From Lama glama (lineage: Eukaryota): a stretch of DNA of 60,000 bases. The notes beneath the pieces were generated by a model that saw only the letters and a program-made list of their open reading frames with translations, was not told where the DNA came from and made no database searches. The position numbers and the translations under genes are program-made. The DNA is taken from NCBI GenBank assembly GCA_028534125.1, contig CM052832.1, positions 11,906,001 to 11,966,000 on the forward strand, given 5' to 3'. Numbering within the stretch: position 1 is the stretch's first letter; each line of letters starts with the position of its first letter. This document shows positions 37,102 to 50,100 of this stretch, in pieces.

Positions 37102-37693
37102 GTGAGTATGAGTTTTCACCTTTTTATATCTTCTACATTTTTAAAACTTACTCTTTTAAACTTTTTCCCCCCCATATCAGCCTAATTTAAACCAGGTCTG
37201 CTTAATCACTCTGTATTTGTAACAATATGTTTGAGTATTTTTTCATGTAGCTTATGGTCTTTGCATTGTTCTTTTGGTGTAGGTAGGGCAGGTGAGATCA
37301 TTTGCCTTTTAGATAGTGTAAGACTGAAATGGCAAGATATTTGTTAAACTGAGGCTAATACATGTTTAAGTACTACAAGTAAGGACTTCATAATTTCACA
37401 TTTAAAAATGTTTAAAAATGTTGAAATAAGCATTCCCCTTCTTTTTTACTCTTCATGCTGTTTCTGTGCGCCCTTTAACGACTAACAAAAGAACATTTGT
37501 TTCAGCGTGTGTGTCCCCAGTTGCATTCTCATTTGTAAAATGGGATACTCAAGTCTATCCCTTGGAGCTGTTTTGAGGATTTAATGAAATATAAAGTATT
37601 AGTATAATAAATGATAGTTGCTACTATTATCTTTATTGTTCTTATCCAGATGCCTGGTTTTACTGTCTCCTTAGTCTAGTTAAAATTTTGCCC

Positions 37694-38000
37694 TTATGCT
37701 AAGTAAAATAGACAGAGAAAGACAAATACTGTGTGATATCACTTATATGTGGAATCTAGAAGATAGAACAAACTAGTGAAAGAAGCAGACTTACAGATAC
37801 AGAGAGCAGACTAGTGGTTACCAGTGGGGAGACGGAAGGGGAAGGGCACGGTAGGGGTGGGGAAGTGGGAGACACCAACTGTTGGGTATAAGATAGGCTA
37901 CAGGGGTGTAATGTACAACACAGAATATAGCGAATTTTTTGTGATAACTGTGAATAGAGTGAACGTTTAAAAACTGTATAAAGTTTTTTAATTTTAAAAA
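37694..38000 (+). mobile_element. L1 3' end fragment in GLO1 intron 3
   Basis: gacagagaaagacaaatactgtgtgatatcacttatatgtggaatct...ctagtggttaccagtggggag; same family as the antisense copy at ~46970-47168. Confidence 0.85.
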
Positions 38001-38180
38001 TAATTCTTTGACCATTTGTACTTTCTATAGTTGAAAATTTAATATTTATAGTAGCAGAGATTAGACCAAGTATATTAAGTAGCATATAAAAGTGGTAAGA
38101 TTTCAAAGATTGTTGTAACTTTCTTTTCAGAATATCTATTCTACAGGTCATTTGTAATTATAATTTCCCTCCTTTTGTAG

Positions 38181-38248
38181 CAATTGGGGCACTGAAGACG
38201 ATGAGACCCAGAGTTACCACAGTGGCAATTCAGACCCTCGGGGATTTG
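38181..38248 (+). CDS. GLO1: GLO1 exon 4: (H)[22 protein letters not shown](G)
   Basis: ccttttgtag| acceptor, TTTG|gtatgt donor, 68 nt. Confidence 0.98.
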
Positions 38249-38918
38249 GTATGTTTGCCTGTTTGTACGTAATGTGCATTGTGTACCTATTTATGATTGT
38301 AATCAATCTAAAACATTAAGTATTATCAGTTTATTATGAGTATGGTTATTTTCATTTTCCACAAATTGTTTTACTTAGGAGCTGTTTAATTTCATTATCT
38401 CAGTCTAAACTTTACGTTTACTCTCTCACAATTTTACTTTTCAGTCTCAGTATTAATATTTCCTGTAGAGTTTTCAATTTAAAAAACAAAAATGATGGTT
38501 AATAATAATCCGGCTTTCTGCTAGCTAACTTCTGCCTTGGTCTGAAATCTCAGAATTACGGCTTAAGTTGGCTGCTCTATAGTCAATGTCAACAACAAGA
38601 CTGTTAAGCATGAGTAAATGGTTCCTCTGTTTTGTTGTAGGTTATCCTTAACAGATTGAACTATACATCAGCCAATATTGGGCTTATTTAAAATAATTTA
38701 TAATTCAGAGCAACTAATTAATTTGTTATACCCAGCTAGTTAGACTTAGATTCTTGTTCTTTAATATATTATATATTTTGAACTACTTGATTCAGTCTGT
38801 TTTTGGGCACTGTATATTTTGAAATCCACTAGTTTTGGAAGCCACTTGTGGCACACGGATGTCCTGTTGTAATTGTTTCTTCTTTCTCTCTGCCGTGTTT
38901 TGGGGGTGATTACCTAAG

Positions 38919-39008
38919 GTCACATTGGAATTGCTGTTCCTGATGTTCACGGGGCTTGTAAAAGATTTGAAGAACTGGGAGTCAAATTTGTGAAGAAACC
39001 TGAAGATG
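38919..39008 (+). CDS. GLO1: GLO1 exon 5: (G)[29 protein letters not shown](G)
   Basis: cctaag| acceptor, ATG|gtgagt donor, 90 nt; contains H127 and C139. Confidence 0.98.
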
Positions 39009-39947
39009 GTGAGTCTGCTACTTGTTTTCTTCAGGCTTCTCTTTTTTTATATAGCGTTTACTACGCCCCCACAGAGGGCACTGTTGTAGTAAAATCCTTT
39101 TCATTTGAAGCCTACTCCAGCCAGCTTAAGGAAAGAAGGGAAATTATTGGAAGAATACCTAGTTAAAAGACAGCACCTAGAGTGGCTTCACGAGGGATGA
39201 GTCACAGGGTCTGGAGAACCATCAAAGACCTAGGTTCTCTCTCCCACCCTCGATCCTACCATATTCCTCAGTGTCCATCAGCTTTCACTATCTTGGGTAT
39301 ATCTAGCCACCTAAGTAAGTTCCTTAAAGTCTATTTCATCTGCTGTTAATGTAACTACACTAACTCTCTTCAGTTGACAACTGCCTGGTATTTCTTTTTC
39401 ATTCTTTTATAACCTTTGCATGTCCTTATGTCTCTTAAAGTACTATATATCTGAGTTTTGGTGGATTTACATGTATTGTAATTATTTTATTTAGATTTGT
39501 TTTTGCCATCATAACTTACTATTTCAATTTTCGTTTGAAATATTTCACTGTTTCAATCCTTTCTTTTTTGCAATTAAGAGATTTGATATCCAAATATCCT
39601 CCTCCCCAATAAGAAAAGAGCTTGCTCCTCTTCATCCCCGTTAAGTTACTATTACCCAGGATGATATATTATTGATTTATTTTCCTTTTTCTTTGGCCTT
39701 GGCTTTTTTCCCCTTAAAGATAATAAATATGTCAAGGTATATATATTTTCTCCACATGTCTCTTGTAGCATCTTGTGAATTTTTTGGTCCATTTATTAAG
39801 TACCTCAGCCAAAACTGTTTTCAAAGGTTTTTGTGGAGCAAAACTCTTGAGGCTTTGTATGCCCAAGAAGCACGCCTTTATATATGAAGACAGTTTTGTT
39901 CCTGTAAAATCTTAGATTGATTTTCCTTCAATCTTGAAAATACATCT

Positions 39948-40203
39948 TGAGTGGGAGGTGGGAAGGGACAGACTGGGATTTCAAAATGTAGAATATATAA
40001 AAAAGATTATACTATATAGCACAGGGAAATATATACAAGATCTTATGGTAGCTCACAGCAAAAAAAAATGTGACAGTGAATATGTATATGCTCATATATA
40101 ACTGAAAAATTGTGCTCTACACTGGAATTTGACACAACATTGTAAAACGATTATAACTCAATAAAAAAATGTTTTAAAAAAGTCACAGCAAAAAAAAAAA
40201 AAA
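39948..40203 (+). mobile_element. 5'-truncated young L1 with 12-bp TSD, inside older antisense L1/MLT1 debris in GLO1 intron 5
   Basis: gaaaatacatct at 39936-39947 and 40204-40215; same 3'UTR family as 33240-33466. Confidence 0.92.
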
Positions 40204-40661
40204 GAAAATACATCTCTGTGTTCTTAATTTCCCATGCAGTGTTGTTGTTGAAAAATCTGCTGATTTGTGTTTCTTTGTATATCATCTTCTGTTTTGTTCT
40301 AGAAGCTTTTTATGTTTATCTCTTTGTCCTTGCCTTCCTTCCGAGAGAGTTCTTCAAACTGGTATATCAGTTAGCTAATTTTTCCTCAGATGTATCTGTT
40401 CTGATACTCATCTTTTGTATTCTCATCTATTGTGTTATTAATTTTGGCTATTATAATTTTGATCCCTGATTTTTGCTGGGTTCCTTTAATATTTTCTTGT
40501 TCCTATTTCACATTGGCTATATTTATTATTCTGTATCACTTTTACGTGTTTTAATAGGTCTTGGCCCGTTGGTCTAATACTTATTCTTATGTTTGAATCT
40601 ATAATCCATTGTTTGTTTTATGGTCATGTTCCTCAAATTCTTGTTATTTTGGCCTCAAGGG

Positions 40662-40699
40662 GTTTTTGTTTGTTTGTTTTGTTTTGTTTTGTTTTGTTT
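40662..40699 (+). repeat. (GTTT/GTTTT)n simple repeat
   Basis: gtttttgtttgtttgttttgttttgttttgttttgttt. Confidence 0.8.
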
Positions 40700-41929
40700 C
40701 CTACTGAAACTATAAGTTTTTGCAACCATCATGCAATGTGAATGGGGAGGATCAGACCTCAGTACTTAAAAACCCAAATGATCTCAGGGAGATGGGCTGG
40801 GCAGAGAGAGAAAATAAGAGTTAAATGCTTCACATTCTGTGGGACACCTCTCAGGTCAGGTCCTCTCTCCCCTTTGTCCCTGAGGGAGAAGTAGTATTAG
40901 TAGGAGACACTTCTGGATTGTCTGGTTGTATGGAAAGTGAATGCTGGGGGGAACAGTTGGTGCCACCTGCTTTTCTCAGTTCCTCAACAGGCACAGGGCT
41001 TCTTTACTGCCCTTGTCTACTCCTGAGGACATGTGGACCTGGAGGGGTAGGTGCCTGTGCCCAAGGCACTGAGAGGAGCAAGAGCCAAACTGACAAAACT
41101 CCCAATTTATTGTCCCACAGCCATGGTGGACTGCCTTCTTCCACCCTCTTCCACACAAAGCAGGTTAAAACAATCACCACCCCATCCCTACCATTTCTCT
41201 CCCCAGCCATCACCCCAGAGGCATCATACTTTTCTTTTTTTTTTTTTTTCCCCCAATTTTCCATCTGTGTTCCTCTGAGGTTGTTCTTGGGGAAAGGAGC
41301 CAGAAATAGGAGTCAAACTGATTTAGCATCTTGGTTCCAAAATAAATTTCTGAGGTCACATTTTTCCATTTAAGCAAACAGCTCTACTACTAGACATGCT
41401 AACCAGTTAATCCCATAACTCAATCCCAGTTATGAATTCCTGGGAGAAAGAATCTGCCTGGCAGAGCTTGGGTTACATAGAATAAATAGTGTTCAAAGAA
41501 TTTGCATGACCCAGTCATCTGGGTCCTTTGGCTGTGTAGATAAGCCATGCTACCTGCTTCCTTGAGCACCTACCTATTTTCTCTTCTTTAAAATAAGACA
41601 ATTTCTGTGACTATTCTGGTATCTGGTATTCTGGTATCATGAAGTGATACTGTGAAGATGAAGTAAATACCTGAGACCTAAAAGATGCAGCCTGTCCCAC
41701 AGTTTATTTCAGCACAGTTTGTTTACAGCTATGTGTAGAAGATAAAATGTGTCATTCTGAAAATCGTGCATCTGGGCAATGCTGACAATAGAATTTTTTA
41801 AAGTCAAAACTATAAACGAAATAATGTAATTAAAGTGCAAATCAAAATTGTTATTAATAAAAAGTGGATTTTAAATTTTTAAGTTTTTTTTAAAGCCTTT
41901 TCAATAATGAAAATTATCTTGTTTTACAG

Positions 41930-42018
41930 GTAAAATGAAAGGCCTGGCATTTATTCAAGATCCTGATGGCTACTGGATAGAAATTTTGAATCCTAACAAA
42001 ATGATAACTATTATTTAG
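41930..42018 (+). CDS. GLO1: GLO1 exon 6 coding part: (G)[28 protein letters not shown]
   Basis: cttgttttacag| acceptor; DPDGYWIE motif with E173; TAG at 42016-42018. Exon sum 84+83+141+68+90+89=555 nt = 184 aa + stop. Confidence 0.98.
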
Positions 42019-43380
42019 TTCTGTGAGAATACTACTTTGAGATTTCAGTGGAGACATTGTGGAAGGTAAAAAAGTAATCAGTGTGATTCAGGATATTCAG
42101 ATAAGAGACATGTCATTGTCCCAATTCAGACTTATTCTTAGGTCCATTTCCCTTTCCTGTTTCAGCTAAGTTTTTCACCTAACTGTTCAGTCATTCTGGT
42201 TTTAAAGTAGTGCTTTGTCTTATGTCCTTGAATGTAGAGTAAAACTTTACTTTTTCAGTCAATAATCAGAACAATTCCCTTCAGAGGCTGCATTTGCCTT
42301 CTGTCTCCTAAAGAGATGCAAGTCCACAAGTCTGCCTTTGAATCATCATTTAAAAAAAAAATTTAACATGTTTTTGTGGTGGTTACCTTGTGGGGTTTCA
42401 GTTCCTCAGAAGTAACTTTTCACAAAGGAAAGTAAAGAATACTGAACAAAAAGGAAACTTCATGTATATTTCAAATAGTATAAAGTTTATTTTGCAAAAG
42501 AGAAGTTACTCTTGGGACAAATTCAGAATCATGCTGACAAGGATGCTGATAGAAAAACTAATTTCTTCTTCTTTACGAAGTACTTTCAGAGTTCAAGGAC
42601 TAACCTCTTTACTTTGGGATGGAGAGGAGGATGGGAATATTCTCTACTGGGTATGCAGACACTGGACTAGGTTGTCACATACTTTATCTCACTTAATCCT
42701 CCTCACCATCCTGTGAGATAGAAAGCAGGTTAGACATGCAAAATAACTTTAATGAATCCAAGGCAATATAAACGGGCTCAAGTACTCAAGATGTCATCAT
42801 TTTTAGTATTTAGATTGTACCTCAAAAATCAGTACATCACAACACCTCCTCCACTAGTCTTCTTTGTAAAAACCTTCAGTGAGTTTGAGCATTGTCCTCT
42901 CAGCTCTTGGGCCTGAGTACCACAGTGAGGGAAGAAGCAGTGGAGGAAGTCAGGAGCACACGACTGTTCTGGGGATGCTCGGTTGTTCCTGTGCGAGTGG
43001 TGCTTATATTACTTGCAAAGAGTCCCCTACCCCAAGGTCTTCCAGTTGCCAGTAATCATTTAGGATAAATTACGTTCAGTGATAACATAACTTAGTAATC
43101 AGAAGTCAGCTCAGTGATCTTCCCTGCTGTGATTGACATTTGGTTTTTAAAAACCAAACTGATTTAAAAAAAAAATGAATTTGAAAATCTCTTATGGCCC
43201 AGATAATAAGAACATCAAGTTTGTGGTTTAACTACATTTAGATTGATTTATAGACTTTTGTAGAAGACCTTTAGATAGGCCGTGCCAACTGTACTTACAG
43301 TAGAGGCACTTTACGTTTCCTTTTTGGATGGAATGGATTCATGTGAGCAGTTCAAACAAATAACAGTACTTGTAGACTGA

Positions 43381-43386
43381 AATAAA
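43381..43386 (+). terminator. GLO1: Probable GLO1 polyadenylation signal (3'UTR ~1.4 kb, containing a MIR fragment at ~42640-42760)
   Basis: First AATAAA I found after the stop codon, with upstream TGTA elements and a downstream GT/T-rich tract. Confidence 0.72.
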
Positions 43387-45339
43387 ATCAAATTTTAGAT
43401 AAGACTATACTTAATTTGCAAGCTTCTGTCTAGCATGTTCTTTGGAAAAAAGGAAAAAGACTGCCTTCTGGGAGTTCTGCAAGGATTTGAAAGGGCTTGC
43501 AAGGCTCATTCAGAACTGGGAATAGTTGTAATTCTAAGGATAGGGAAGGGTAGGGAATGTGGGAGGAGGAGAGTAAATAAGGAATAAAGAATTGTGGTAG
43601 GAAAAATGCAGAGAAGAAAAAAGGGCAAATATCAACAGTGAGTTGTGGGAAGTACGAGTGTTACCAAGTTGGACAGTTATCATAAATTCAGTCGTTCAAA
43701 CCTTATTTCCACAGGAAGAAGCCTTCTCTACTTGCTAAGTAAAACTTACCAAAAGATAGCCCTTGCTTATTTTTTTAAGTTCATCCCTATATGCATTGAA
43801 GGAATATTCTACTGTATCACAGGCTTTGCTAGAGATTAGGGCAATTCACTTACTTCTAGATTAACTTACCTGAGAAGTGGTGATATGAAAGGGTGAAACA
43901 GAGCACAAGAAGCTTTCTTATTTTCCGTGATTGGACAGCAAGACTGTAGCTTACTGTCAGTGTAAAATAAATTAGTCTCATGAACCCTACACCACTGAGC
44001 CTGGGACTCAGTTATAATACAGTGGTCTGAATTAATTGCTGATGCCTTAGAATCACGCGTGGCTTCCCCACATCACATTCTGACTAGGATTGCATACAAT
44101 GTATATAAATATTCCTTAGCAACACAACTGTTTGTGAAGAGGGTTATATCAGTAAAGATGCATGCTGCTTATAATGAGAAAAGACCCAATTCTTTGTGTG
44201 TGTGTGTTGAATTGTTGTTGCTAATTTATTGATAATAGCTCAGTGACTGTGAATGGTACCAGAGCAAAGTATACCAAAATACTCTGACATTCTAAAAATA
44301 ACTAATATGTGTTCAACATTTTGCACAGCATTATTGCAGTGGCTGATAAAACTGTAAAACAAGCTTTATTATAATTCTCATTTTATGGATAAGGAGACCA
44401 AGGTTAAGAAAGGCTCTTTGACTTTTCAAAATCACTCAGCCAGGAAAGAAAGGCAGGTAAATAGCATAAAGAAAATAACAGAACGTGGGACCCCTCAAAT
44501 TTAGGAATAAGTAGGCACAAAGACCAATTATGCTAGCAGCAAATCAAGCCAGCAGGAGACAGTAAAAGCAAGAAATAGACATCTATTGATGCAAAACCTG
44601 AAAGAACCAAGGTGATCTGGCTGCCAGAATTTAGCTTCAGCTGTATCACTGTTAAATACATATTTAAAAATTACTTTTAATTGCTAGAAAATAAAAGACA
44701 AAGAACACATGCTTAGTTTAAAATTGTTTTAGCAGTGGGGAAGCAGTGGGTGTAAGGGCCAGGGCAAAGGGACTGCTGCTTGAAAAGTAACCTCAGATCA
44801 CTAATAGGTTCACAAGAATATGTGAGATCCAAGACATCTTGGGAACCAGGGTCCAGGTTTTCAATGGATTGGTCTTCCTGGTTGGAGTTTTAGGGCTTTA
44901 CTTGGGTATGGTGTATCCAGCTGGCAATCCTAGGAACTGTGAACTGGGAATCTCTAATCCGATTGGAGTGATCTCCTTTTAGTTTAGCAGGTGGCTGATC
45001 ACCCAGGAGGAAGAAAGCTGCTTGACCAGGATAGCACAGCCCTTTATGCTGCCCGCTGGTGTTCCACTGGCCTCATGGAGGGGGAAGGAGATAGGGAGGA
45101 GAGATTAGGCTAGAGTGTAGAGAAGCTAAGACAGATAATGGGGAGTCCAAATCATTGCACCAAAAGATGTTACCCCCAATAAAGGAAGAGTCCCCAGTCC
45201 TTGTCTTATCCAAAAGACAAGATTATAGACAGGAGATGGAGTATGTTACGTAGCAAGAGATTTTAAAGGATTTAATTAGAGAAGGAAAAATACGCCTCAA
45301 AGGCGGGCTAATCCAAGGGAGGAAAAAGCCTATTGTAGT

Positions 45340-45870
45340 ACCATTTATAGTAGCCAAGATATGGAAGCAACCTAGGTGTCCATCCACAGACAAATGGATA
45401 AAGATGTGGTGTGTATATATATATAGAGAGAGAGAGAGAAAGAAAATATTGGCCATTAAAAAATGGAATCTTTCCATTTGAAACAACATTGATGGATCTA
45501 GAGGATACTACGCTATGAAACAAGTCAAAGAAAGACAAATACCAAATGATCTCACTTATATGTGGAATCTAAAAAAGAAAACAAAACAAGAACAGGCTCA
45601 TAGATAAAGAGAACAAAGGAGTGGTTGCCAGAAGCGGGGGATGTCAGGGCGTGGGTGAAATAGGTGAAGGGGATTAAACCTCCAGTTATATAATAAATAA
45701 GCCATATGATGTCATATGCAGCATAAAGAATATGGCCAATAATCTAATAACTTTATATGAGGACAGACGGTTACTTAATGTATGCAAATGTCAAATCATT
45801 ATTTAGTACACCTGAAACTAACATAACATTCTATGTCAACTGTATTTCCATTAAAAAAAAAAGAAAAAAG
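45340..45870 (+). mobile_element. L1 3' end, preceded by an LTR-like fragment (~45168-45335) and followed by antisense L1 pieces to ~46660
   Basis: tagccaagatatggaagcaacctaggtgtccatccacagacaaatggataaag...cacctgaaactaacataacatt plus an A tail. Confidence 0.85.
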
Positions 45871-46699
45871 ATTTAGTCTCTTAGCAACTTTGGAGTTTAT
45901 AATATAATATTGTTGTCTAAAATCACTATGCTGTGCATCAGATCTCCAGGACTTAATTTACCTAGTTGCAAGTTTCACTTTACAATTTTTAAAAATGTTA
46001 GGTTAGTTTTAGAGATACAGGAATGTTGCAGAGATAGTACAGAGAGTTCCCATATACCCCAGACCCAGTTTCCCTTATATTTAAAATCTTACCTTAGTAT
46101 AAACATTTGTCACCAGTACTAAACCTGTATTAATCCATTATTAATAACTTAAGTCTATACTTTATTCAGATTTCCTTAGTTTTTACCTACTTTTTCTGTT
46201 ACAGGATCCTATCCAAAATGCCACATTGCGTTGAGTCATCATGTCTCTGTAGGCTCTTCTAGAAGGTGATAGTTTTTCAGACTTAATTTGTTTTTAATTA
46301 CTTTGACAGTGTTGAGGAGTACTAGTCAGATACTTTGTACAATGTTTCCCAGTTGGGATTTTATGGATTTTTTTTCTCATGATGAATCTGGAGTTATGGG
46401 TTTGTAGGAGAAAAACTGCAGAGGTAAAAGTGCCCTTCTCACCACATCTTGTCAAGGGTACTCACTATCAGCATGATGTATTACTGGTGATGTTAAAACT
46501 TCATCACCTGGCAGAGGTGGTGCTTGTCAACTGTCTCTACTGTCATGTTATTCTCCACTCACCCGCTTCCCATACTGTGCACCTTGGAAGGCAGTCAATG
46601 TGCAAAGCCCAAACTTAAGGTTTGGGGAGATATGCTCCACTCCTTGAGGGGAAAAGCAGGTATTTCACTTATATGAATTCTCAGTGAGACTTTCCAAAG

Positions 46700-46840
46700 C
46701 TGTGCAGGCCTTTACAGGATGTCATACATCCCTGTCCCTAGTCCACTAAATACCAGTGGTGACACCCAACAGAAAATGCCCCACAAGTTTCCAAAACAAA
46801 CCCTAGGGGTCAGTACTGCCCTGTTGAGAACCACTGGCCT
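46700..46840. mobile_element. MER20-like hAT fragment
   Basis: Ends gccctgttgagaaccactg. Confidence 0.55.
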
Positions 46841-46969
46841 AAGATTACTGATTCTAGTATCTGTAAATTGGAGTATGAACTTAAAGCATTTACAAAGGAA
46901 TCTGAGTTCCAAATCCAAAGTTTTGTTTTCCTCCAAATTTGCATGTTTTGCCACAAATTCACAGCAATT

Positions 46970-47168
46970 TTATTTTTTTAATTAAAAAATTTAAAAATTT
47001 TTATACAATTTTTAAAGGTCACTTTTCATTTACAGTTATTACAAAATATTGGCTCTATTCCCCGTGTTGTATGGTACATCCTTGAGCCTGTCTTATACCC
47101 AGTAGTTTGGACCTTCCCCTCCCCAACCCCTTTACTGCCCCCTCCACACCTCCTGGTAACCACTAATA
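46970..47168 (-). mobile_element. Antisense L1 3' end
   Basis: Reverse-complement similarity to 37810-38000. Confidence 0.8.
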
Positions 47169-50100
47169 GCAACAATTTATTTTAGTTATTTGCTTTTGAG
47201 AGTTCTTCAGAACATTCAACTTTCCTTTTATATATACTCACTTTATTGGTTTTTGTAGTATTTCATTAAATAATAGGTTTATAATTAGGAACATAACTGG
47301 CTCGAACATGTTGGTAATGGGCACAGCTGATTTGATAAGTATACAACTCATCAGGGAAGCAGAAGTGCACAGGTATTCCAGAGAGTAGCCAACTAGTTAC
47401 AGTTAATCAGCTTGCCAGGGCATCAGATCTTTACTGAGAAAATGGTGAGTCAGTTTAATCCAATAGTTAATGAAATGGAAATTGGTGAAGAGAACTTTGA
47501 CTGTAAATTTGTTGATTTGAGTCCTATCAACATTAGCAAAGATTATAGAAGATTTTTTAAATGCCAATTCCAGGCAGGAACTGCTGTAGTTGTAATGAAA
47601 TAGGCACTTCCATAGACTTCACCCAAACTATTGACATACCAATTTTGCAATAGGTTTCAAGAGCCATTAAAGATTTTAAAATGCCTGAGTCCCTTAAACT
47701 GATATTCTGGGAATTCTGTGTCCTAGAAAATAATCAGATTTTAGCTTAAAAATCATACACAATTTGTTGCTTTCATAATTATTCATTATAGCAAAAAATT
47801 AGACAATTTAAGTGTCTAAAAATGGGGAAATGGTTAACTATTACAGCACCCACATTTGATGGAATATTTATCTATTTTAACACCATTAAATTGTATTTTC
47901 AAAGAACATTTAAAGGTGTGGAGAAATGCTCATGAGATATTATGTGGAAAAAGCAGTACACAGACATGTGCATTATGTTCTCAATTTTGTTAAAAAAAAA
48001 AAAAGGAACAAGTACACAAAGAAATGATTAGAAGGAAATATACCAAATTGTGATTGTCCCTGTCTGCTGGGATTACCAATAATTTTATTTCCTTCCTTAT
48101 ATTTTTCTGTATTCTCCAAAATCTCTAAAATGAGTATGATCATTTTTATAATCTGGAAAAATAAATGAGAAATTGCTGAGAATGAGAAGTTGCTTCATTT
48201 GCTAACATTTTCTTTTTTCACCTTTTTGAGTAAAATGAGGTATTTTAACAAACATGTCTCCTACCTAAACTTCTATTCAGAATGGTAACTTATATTACAG
48301 ATTAGAATATACTTGTATATTAAGTTATTTAAAACATTATACGTGGTTAAAAAGACTTAAAATTCTAAATGAGCAACGTTTTTTCAGTGACACTCAAAAT
48401 TTCAATCATTTAGAAATAATGTTTAATTAGTTTCTTAAAAATTGAAATAGGTGATAACCCATGAAGGACGTTAGTTTTTTTTGTCTTCATATCCTGCTCT
48501 TAGTTGACTGATTCTGAATTAACTTTCTTTGTTGCTATATTCATTTTGTATTTTAAGCTGCAGTCTAAAATTGTGGCAAAATCGATGGTGCAGTTCAGGC
48601 ACAAAAAACACCACCCTGTGTTTGTTTAAGAAAGTGCCAGCCACTGTGTACTGAAAACAACGTAGAGTATGTAGTCATCTTACCAGCATTTTGAATAGCC
48701 TTGCTACTCCAGAGGTCGTCCCCGTACCAGCCACTGAATCACCTGAGAGCTGGTTAAAAATAAGACTTTCAGGTATTCGTGCAGACCTACCGAGTCAGAA
48801 TCTTGAGTATTTTCAAAGGATCCCTAGGTGATTTGTGGGTACAGTAAAGTTTGAGAAGCATTGTTGAACAGATTGCTTTTTAAAGTCATTAATATCAGAG
48901 AAGTATATCTGTATGATATCAAATAATATGAATTATTTTCTCCCACTGGTAAAATATAGTGAAATACTCTTTATTTGCTGCAATGAATATAAGGGATATG
49001 TATCTAATCTACAAACTCAGGGGTATAAGAGGTGAAATTTTTATTCTTCTTGCACATAATTTATAAAGCCTGAGGAAATAGTTAGAAACTGAATCTCAGT
49101 AATTTCAGGATCTCTTGTGCTGCTTTTCTCTGAGGTTAAGTCTTAAGTTCCTCTGATGTCTGGAAAGTTGTCAACATCCTATTCGCTCCTTTGTTGTAAA
49201 TCTATGTAGCTTGCTGTTAGTCTGTCATTCACTCTTATCATTGAGACTACTTCAGGTCTGGCACCTTCCTGGCTACTTAATTCTATTTCCACACTGTCAG
49301 ACTACTAGGAAACCTCTGGGGCTAAGACTTCTCCACATTATTTACCCAGGGAGCATTGAATCATTCTGGGGCACTTACATCAAATGAGACCGTGAGGAAC
49401 ATACTCTGTGTGTATGAAATCCTGATTGACACACTTCTATCTTTCCTCCCCTAATTTCTTAGTTTATCTTGTTCTTTTTCCTAACTTCTTAAGTGGAGTG
49501 ATTATTTTACTTATTGACACTATTTTTAAATCTCAAAAGTGCATTTAAAAAAATTTTTTTTCCTCAGAATTGTTTTGGCTACATACCAACAGCTTTTGCT
49601 ATGTAGGCTCTCATTGCTATTCTTTTACAATTTTTTTTTTTGGTAATTTCAGTTTTGATTTCCTCTTTAACTCAATAAGAAATTTTACTTTGCTTTCCTT
49701 TTGATGTTAATTGTAGTTTATTGCATTGTGGCTGGTGAATATGGATTGTCTCATTTCTTTCTGAAATTTATTGTAGTTTTCTTTGTGAATAAGCATATGC
49801 TTGTTTTTGTGAATGCTTTTTGGACAAAAACAGTATATATCTTCTGCCATGGGGTACTAAGTTCTATTTAACACTGTTAGCTCAAAGTTGCTGAGAGTTT
49901 AATTAAAATCCTCCACAGCAGCTGCTATCGCCTCCCCCTCCCTCTTCTCCTTCCCCTTCTTCTCCTCTCTTCTTCCCCTCTCCCTCCTTGAATTCTATAT
50001 ACTGAAATTAATATTACTACCTCTGCTTTCTTTTTACTTGCATTTGTCTGAAACTTGCTCTTCTTCTCTTTTAAAAATTTTCTATTTTATTATTTTTAGC

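Noticed and set aside
40825..41373. 182-aa plus-strand ORF in GLO1 intron 5
   Set aside because: Lies in degraded repeat-like sequence, includes a poly-T run, has no recognisable domain and no splice support.
41855..41860. AATAAA shortly before GLO1 exon 6
   Set aside because: In very AT-rich intron sequence where chance hexamers are common; no further evidence of intronic polyadenylation.
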